Assembly: GCA_964016885.1 (NCBI GenBank)
Contig: OZ024743.1
Location: 266,538,001 to 266,602,000, forward strand
Direction of reading: 5' to 3'
From: Eledone cirrhosa
Lineage: Eukaryota
Length of the DNA stretch: 64,000 nt
The position numbers and the translations under genes are program-made. Below, piece after piece: positions 59,341-64,000 of the stretch (its first letter is position 1; the number at the start of each line of letters is the position of its first letter). The notes beneath the pieces were generated by a model. The model had not been told where the DNA came from. It worked only from the letters and a program-made list of their open reading frames with translations, and ran no database searches.

Positions 59341-60279
59341 TCTTAAAATGCTATAAGAAAATGAAATACGTTATGTGGTAAAGACATAGTTTCAAGGGTT
59401 TGACAAAATGAGTTGTTTTGATTGGTGGAAAGGATCAAGGCGATGTACTGGCCTGTAGTGTATATGGGGGTGGGTGTGATGGTGAGATGTTGGTGACAGT
59501 CGGTGGATGAGATGGGCTGTGGTGTGGTGGTGGTTGGTTGGCCTTGGCGTGTAGAGTATGTTGGGGTGGATGTGATGATATGGTGGTGGTTATGGTTGCG
59601 TAGTGGGATAGGCTGTGGTATGAAGTTAGTGGATTGTCAGTAGACGGGTTGGCGTGTGTGTGTGTGTGGGGGGGGGGGGGGTTAGAGGTGTTGTTGTTTA
59701 TGGTAGTGGCGTTTGTGGTGGTGTGGTGGATGTATTGGTGGTGTCAAGTCCTTATGGAGATACATAGCTAGACGCTCTTCGTCTGACAAATACGTTGTAT
59801 ATACGTATACACACACACATGTATATATGTTCACATATATTGTTGTATAAACACACACAACACAAAACACTTACGCACACCCTTGCCCTCACATATCGAC
59901 ACACGCTCATACACAGCCATATGTATATGTACACACATGTATGTGCATGCGCGCATGCGGGCACAACTATGGGGAGTGGGGGGGTATCAGTGGGGGTGGC
60001 GAGGGACAATGTTGGAGGGAAGGTGAGAGGCAATGGAGAAGGTGTTATACATATATACATACACATACATATACTCATACACACATATATGGATATGGGC
60101 ACATGCACGCACACGCACGTATACAAAATATACACATACACACTCACACACACGTATACTCACACATATATATACACACACATATATACATACACACACA
60201 CACACACACGCACATATACACATACATGCACATATACGAGCTCACGTACACATACACACACACATACATACACATACAT

Positions 60280-60326
<47 letters not shown>

Positions 60327-61099
60327 TACATATATATATGTGCACATACACATATATATATATACATATAAATATGCATACACACACGCATATCTATATG
60401 CCCGTATATGTAAAAAATACTTACACACAGACACACACACTTGCGTTGGTTGGGGAGTGGAGGTATGTGTTGGCGGTGTTGATGAAGTATGGAGTTGTGT
60501 CTTGTGGTGGTGTTGGTGGAGTTGTGAGCGACACAAATATATACAGGATCGAATGGTGCTATGGGTTACCGGTTAAAAGGTGACATAGGGAACGCGGGGG
60601 AGAAGAGTTTATGGACGTATGGCGATGTGTGTTGTGGTCATGGTGGTGGTGGTGGTACTGGGGTGATATGTTCGACAAGATGATTACATGATCAGAAGTT
60701 ACGATGTGTTACAGGGTAAGGCAGACGGAGGGGAGGGGGTATAATAGTCGATCTGTGAGCGAGGGATGATATGTGTTGATGATGCTAATGATGTTAATGA
60801 TTGTTGAAGTATGTGGATGTATCTAGTGGTGGCGGTGGTTGTGTGTGCGTGCGACAGTACATTTACAGGGTCGAATTTAGCGTGGGGTTGTAGGTTAGGG
60901 TAGACAGAGGTGGCATGGGGGGATGAGGTTGCAGGTGTGTATGGTAGACATATGACGATGTGTGGTGTGGTGGTGGTGGCGATGGTGTGATATGATCGCC
61001 ATTGTATTTACAAGATCCCTTGTTATAATGGATTGTAAGGTAAAACCTATTATAGGAGACCGATCTAATACGATGTCGCAACGATGAGGGGTGTATGGT

Positions 61100-61500
61100 G
61101 ATGTGAATTTTGGTGGGGGTGATGTATGCGGTATGATATACAAATGCGGGCTTAGAAATGGTTACATGCAGTACAATAAAATAAGTTCACTGAGATGGGC
61201 GATGATGAGACGGGGTAGAGGTGGTTATTAATATGCTGGGTCATGGTTAGTGTGATTTTTTGTGTGGGTGATGTATGCGGCATGATATACAAAATACGGG
61301 CTTACAGATGGTTACATGCAATACAATAAAATAAGATAAAGTAAAGTAAAGTAAAATAAAATAAAATAAAATAAAATAAAATAAAATAAAATAAAATTAA
61401 ATTAAATTAAAATTAAAATTAAAATTAATAAATTCGTTGAGATGGGCGATGGTGATACGGGGCAGATGTGGTTATTATTATGGTGGGTCATGGTTAGTGC
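61100..61500. repeat. ~150 bp tandem duplication at the PLE ORF end, one copy with a (TAAAA)n expansion
   Basis: gtgatgtatgcgg(t/c)atgatatacaaa...tgggtcatggttagtg occurs twice. Confidence 0.8.
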
Positions 61501-64000
61501 GTGGCCCTCCCCCGAATGTTTGTGCAGAAAAGGTCTTCATCCTGGTGTGTCTGCAATTGACAATTATGTCCGACCTATAGTTTATAGCGGATTTTAATTT
61601 AATTATTTCCGCCGCCTCAGCCAGGCATAACCTGCAGTGGTTTCTGTCACTGGGGATATATGCCACGCGTCTTTTCACTGACTACGAACTCTGGGGTTCA
61701 ATATTCCTGTCCTTCTGTTCCCAGATCAAGTCGGCCAGTTTGGTTTGGGGTCGTTTCAGTCTATGTTTGAAGGAGCTTCTGTGGTTATACCAGCGCTCCT
61801 TAAACGTAGTGGATGTCGCACCTATATATGAGTACTCCTTATTGCCGGCTGTGACATCACACCGGTAAACAATATTCTTAACGAGGTACTCCCCGTTAAG
61901 TGGGCATTCGGCCCGTTTTTTGCAGTTGCAGTTGGGTGTAACCGGTGTGGTGGAACGTTGGCGCTTGGTATCATGCGGTGTGGGTGTGATGTGTGGGTTG
62001 TTGTGTTGTGTTGTGTGTGTGGTTTCGTTCTAGGTTGTGGTGGTGGTTTGTTGCGGGGAAACCATGTGTTTTCGTATTTTTGCCCTATTAGTGTGTGCTA
62101 TTGTGTGGCCTAGGTTTGGTGCTGTGGAGAAAGAGAATTTTACAGTGTGCCTATTGAAGAGCTTGTGGTATTTGTGTGTGCGTGGAAAAGATTGTTCGAG
62201 AGCCCTGAAGAAGGTTCCCGGTATGTTAGTGGCGACGTGTATAGAATAGAGGGCGTTATACCATGTGACAGGTCTACTTAGGTTTATGCAGTGTTTAGTG
62301 AAGTCTCTGTGGTTGGGTGGTAGTTTGTATGTGTTTTGGTCAGGCGTATGTTTCATAGTGGTTCCAAGTAATCTATTGGCGTTATGTCCTTTGTCTCTAT
62401 TGGTACGCAAACGTGTGCGATAGTCGGAGACGTTATTGGGGTTGGAGAGTATGGCTTTATCTCCTAGACAGTTATGTGTGGTGCTCTCTGCACTGCCGGC
62501 TAGGGAGGGTCTTAGGTTATTGTTTGTCCTAGGTGTGGAGATTTCTTCTAAGGATCCGGTTATTTTTAGAGGTGTTACGGTTCTATTTGGGTCGATGTAA
62601 GAAATCTTCTCAGTATAACCAGCGTTTATAAGTGCGGAGTCGTAGTATTCCGCGCGCTGCTTGAAGATGTTTTCATTAGCCGACAGGGTGGACACTCTGT
62701 TGGAGACGCTTTTAACTATTGAGTTAATTATGCTCCTAGGGTGTTTGGAGTGTCTATTGACGTATCTAAGATTTTCATTAGGTTTGTGGTAGGGTGACAT
62801 CTAAAAAGCTAACTGTCCTGTTGTTAGGTTCGATTTCTACTGCTAAACCTTGGGTCTTAAAGATGTACCTAAGTCGTTTGTGTAGTCTATTTAATTGGCT
62901 ATTATTAAGTCCACGGGTCAATAGTATGGCATCATCCCGGTATAAGCCACCGCCCAAGGAGGGGATCTCGTCTGTTAATATATTTAGGAGGTATATGCCT
63001 ACTACATCTGTAACCTGTGCGGAGTCAGTCGATCCCATGGTGATGTCGAAGCTATCTGGTCTCTTCTGTCGTTCTCACAATCTTCCGTCCAATTCTAGTA
63101 AAGTTTTCCTAGCTGTTATTATTATGTCCACTTCTTTTCTAGTGAGGCTTGATCTATTCATGGCTGAGATCAGTGCCTTGTTAAGGATGATTGAGGATAT
63201 AGATGCGTAGTAGTTGGTAATGTCCAATTGGACTAATCTAACATTCGACTTAGTTTCAATGGCACAAAACCAGTCTATTACCTCCTTTGTACAAGACCAT
63301 AGGCTGAGTATAGTTCTAATCCTAAGTTCAGGTATAATTCGGTCAATGATTGATTTGCTAAGTCTACCTAGGTCCGATTTGGAAGGGGCTATGAGCCTGA
63401 CCGGTAGTTTTGACTGGAAGTCCGGATTATGGTCTTTAATGGATAGTCTCGGTGTCCTAGGGTTGTAAGGATAGGTCCTGTCGTCAATACTCAGTTCGGT
63501 CATTATTGTTTTCGCCTGTTTGTTTATGTGTGCTTGGTTTTCTCGTGTTGATGTTTTGTATATTTTAGCGATTTCGTTTGTAATGCATCTGTTGTAGGTT
63601 TTGTACTCCAAATTATATAGGTTTCTTGTTTTATCAGCTGGTACGATAATGCCAGTGCTATTCTTGATCTTTTTTATGGTTGAGGCGAGCCCAGACAGGA
63701 ATGCACTTCTGTCAGGGTTTCGCGGTGGTTTCCTGAATCTAATTATCCGGACCATGGTAATGATCCTGCTCTCAAACTCCTCAAGGAGAGGGTTGTGCGG
63801 TGGGTTTTTCGTAGATTTAAAAAGTATTTTTATGTGGTTGGTGGGATTGTCAATTGATCCAGGGGCCCTCCTGTTGTTGTAGTGGTAGGCCCTCCAACGG
63901 ATCCTCCTGATGAAATTATTAGTCTGCTTTAGTAATAGGTCCATGTAGACATCTTCCGAAGGTATAGGAATGTCCTTTAGGGAGGAAGTGTTGTAGAACA

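Larger units (their letters stand above)
59105..64000 (-). mobile_element. Penelope-like element (Nematis-like), near-complete ORF (61478 to window end) with frameshifts and ~2.3 kb 3' region
   Basis: SLKDIPIPS, IRRIRWRA, PADKTRNLY, QLDITNYYASI, MGSTDSAQVTDVVG, GLYRDDA, FLDVT, LFNRHTVKFSFS, CNCKKRAECPL, YIGAT, CRLCLAE. Confidence 0.92.

Overview
AT-rich, microsatellite-saturated metazoan DNA. The tRNA-derived SINE family and repeat landscape look like an octopod cephalopod (inference). No intact host gene is recognisable; a few short minus-strand exon candidates exist. Most short ORFs in the track are translated (TA)n/(CA)n/(GA)n microsatellites. The window is nearly all mobile DNA: the 3' end of a Tx1/L1 LINE, a near-complete R4/Dong-type restriction-like-endonuclease retrotransposon, three RTE remnants, five SINE copies, an internally deleted Rep-Helicase Helitron plus two non-autonomous Helitrons, and at least eight Penelope-like (PLE; RT + GIY-YIG) remnants from about three lineages. 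The most striking signal is non-coding. I can read about 20 type I hammerhead ribozyme (HHR) motifs by eye, intact to degenerate, in PLE 3' ends and in several ORF-less 420-680 bp units. These units occur as circularly permuted partial tandems inserted in (TA)n (retrozyme-like or solo pLTR). Many HHRs are atypical (long stem II or III insertions, variant cores), and the inversion breakpoints of these insertions repeatedly fall inside or at the edge of the ribozyme fold. All coordinates were read manually and boundaries of degenerate elements are approximate.
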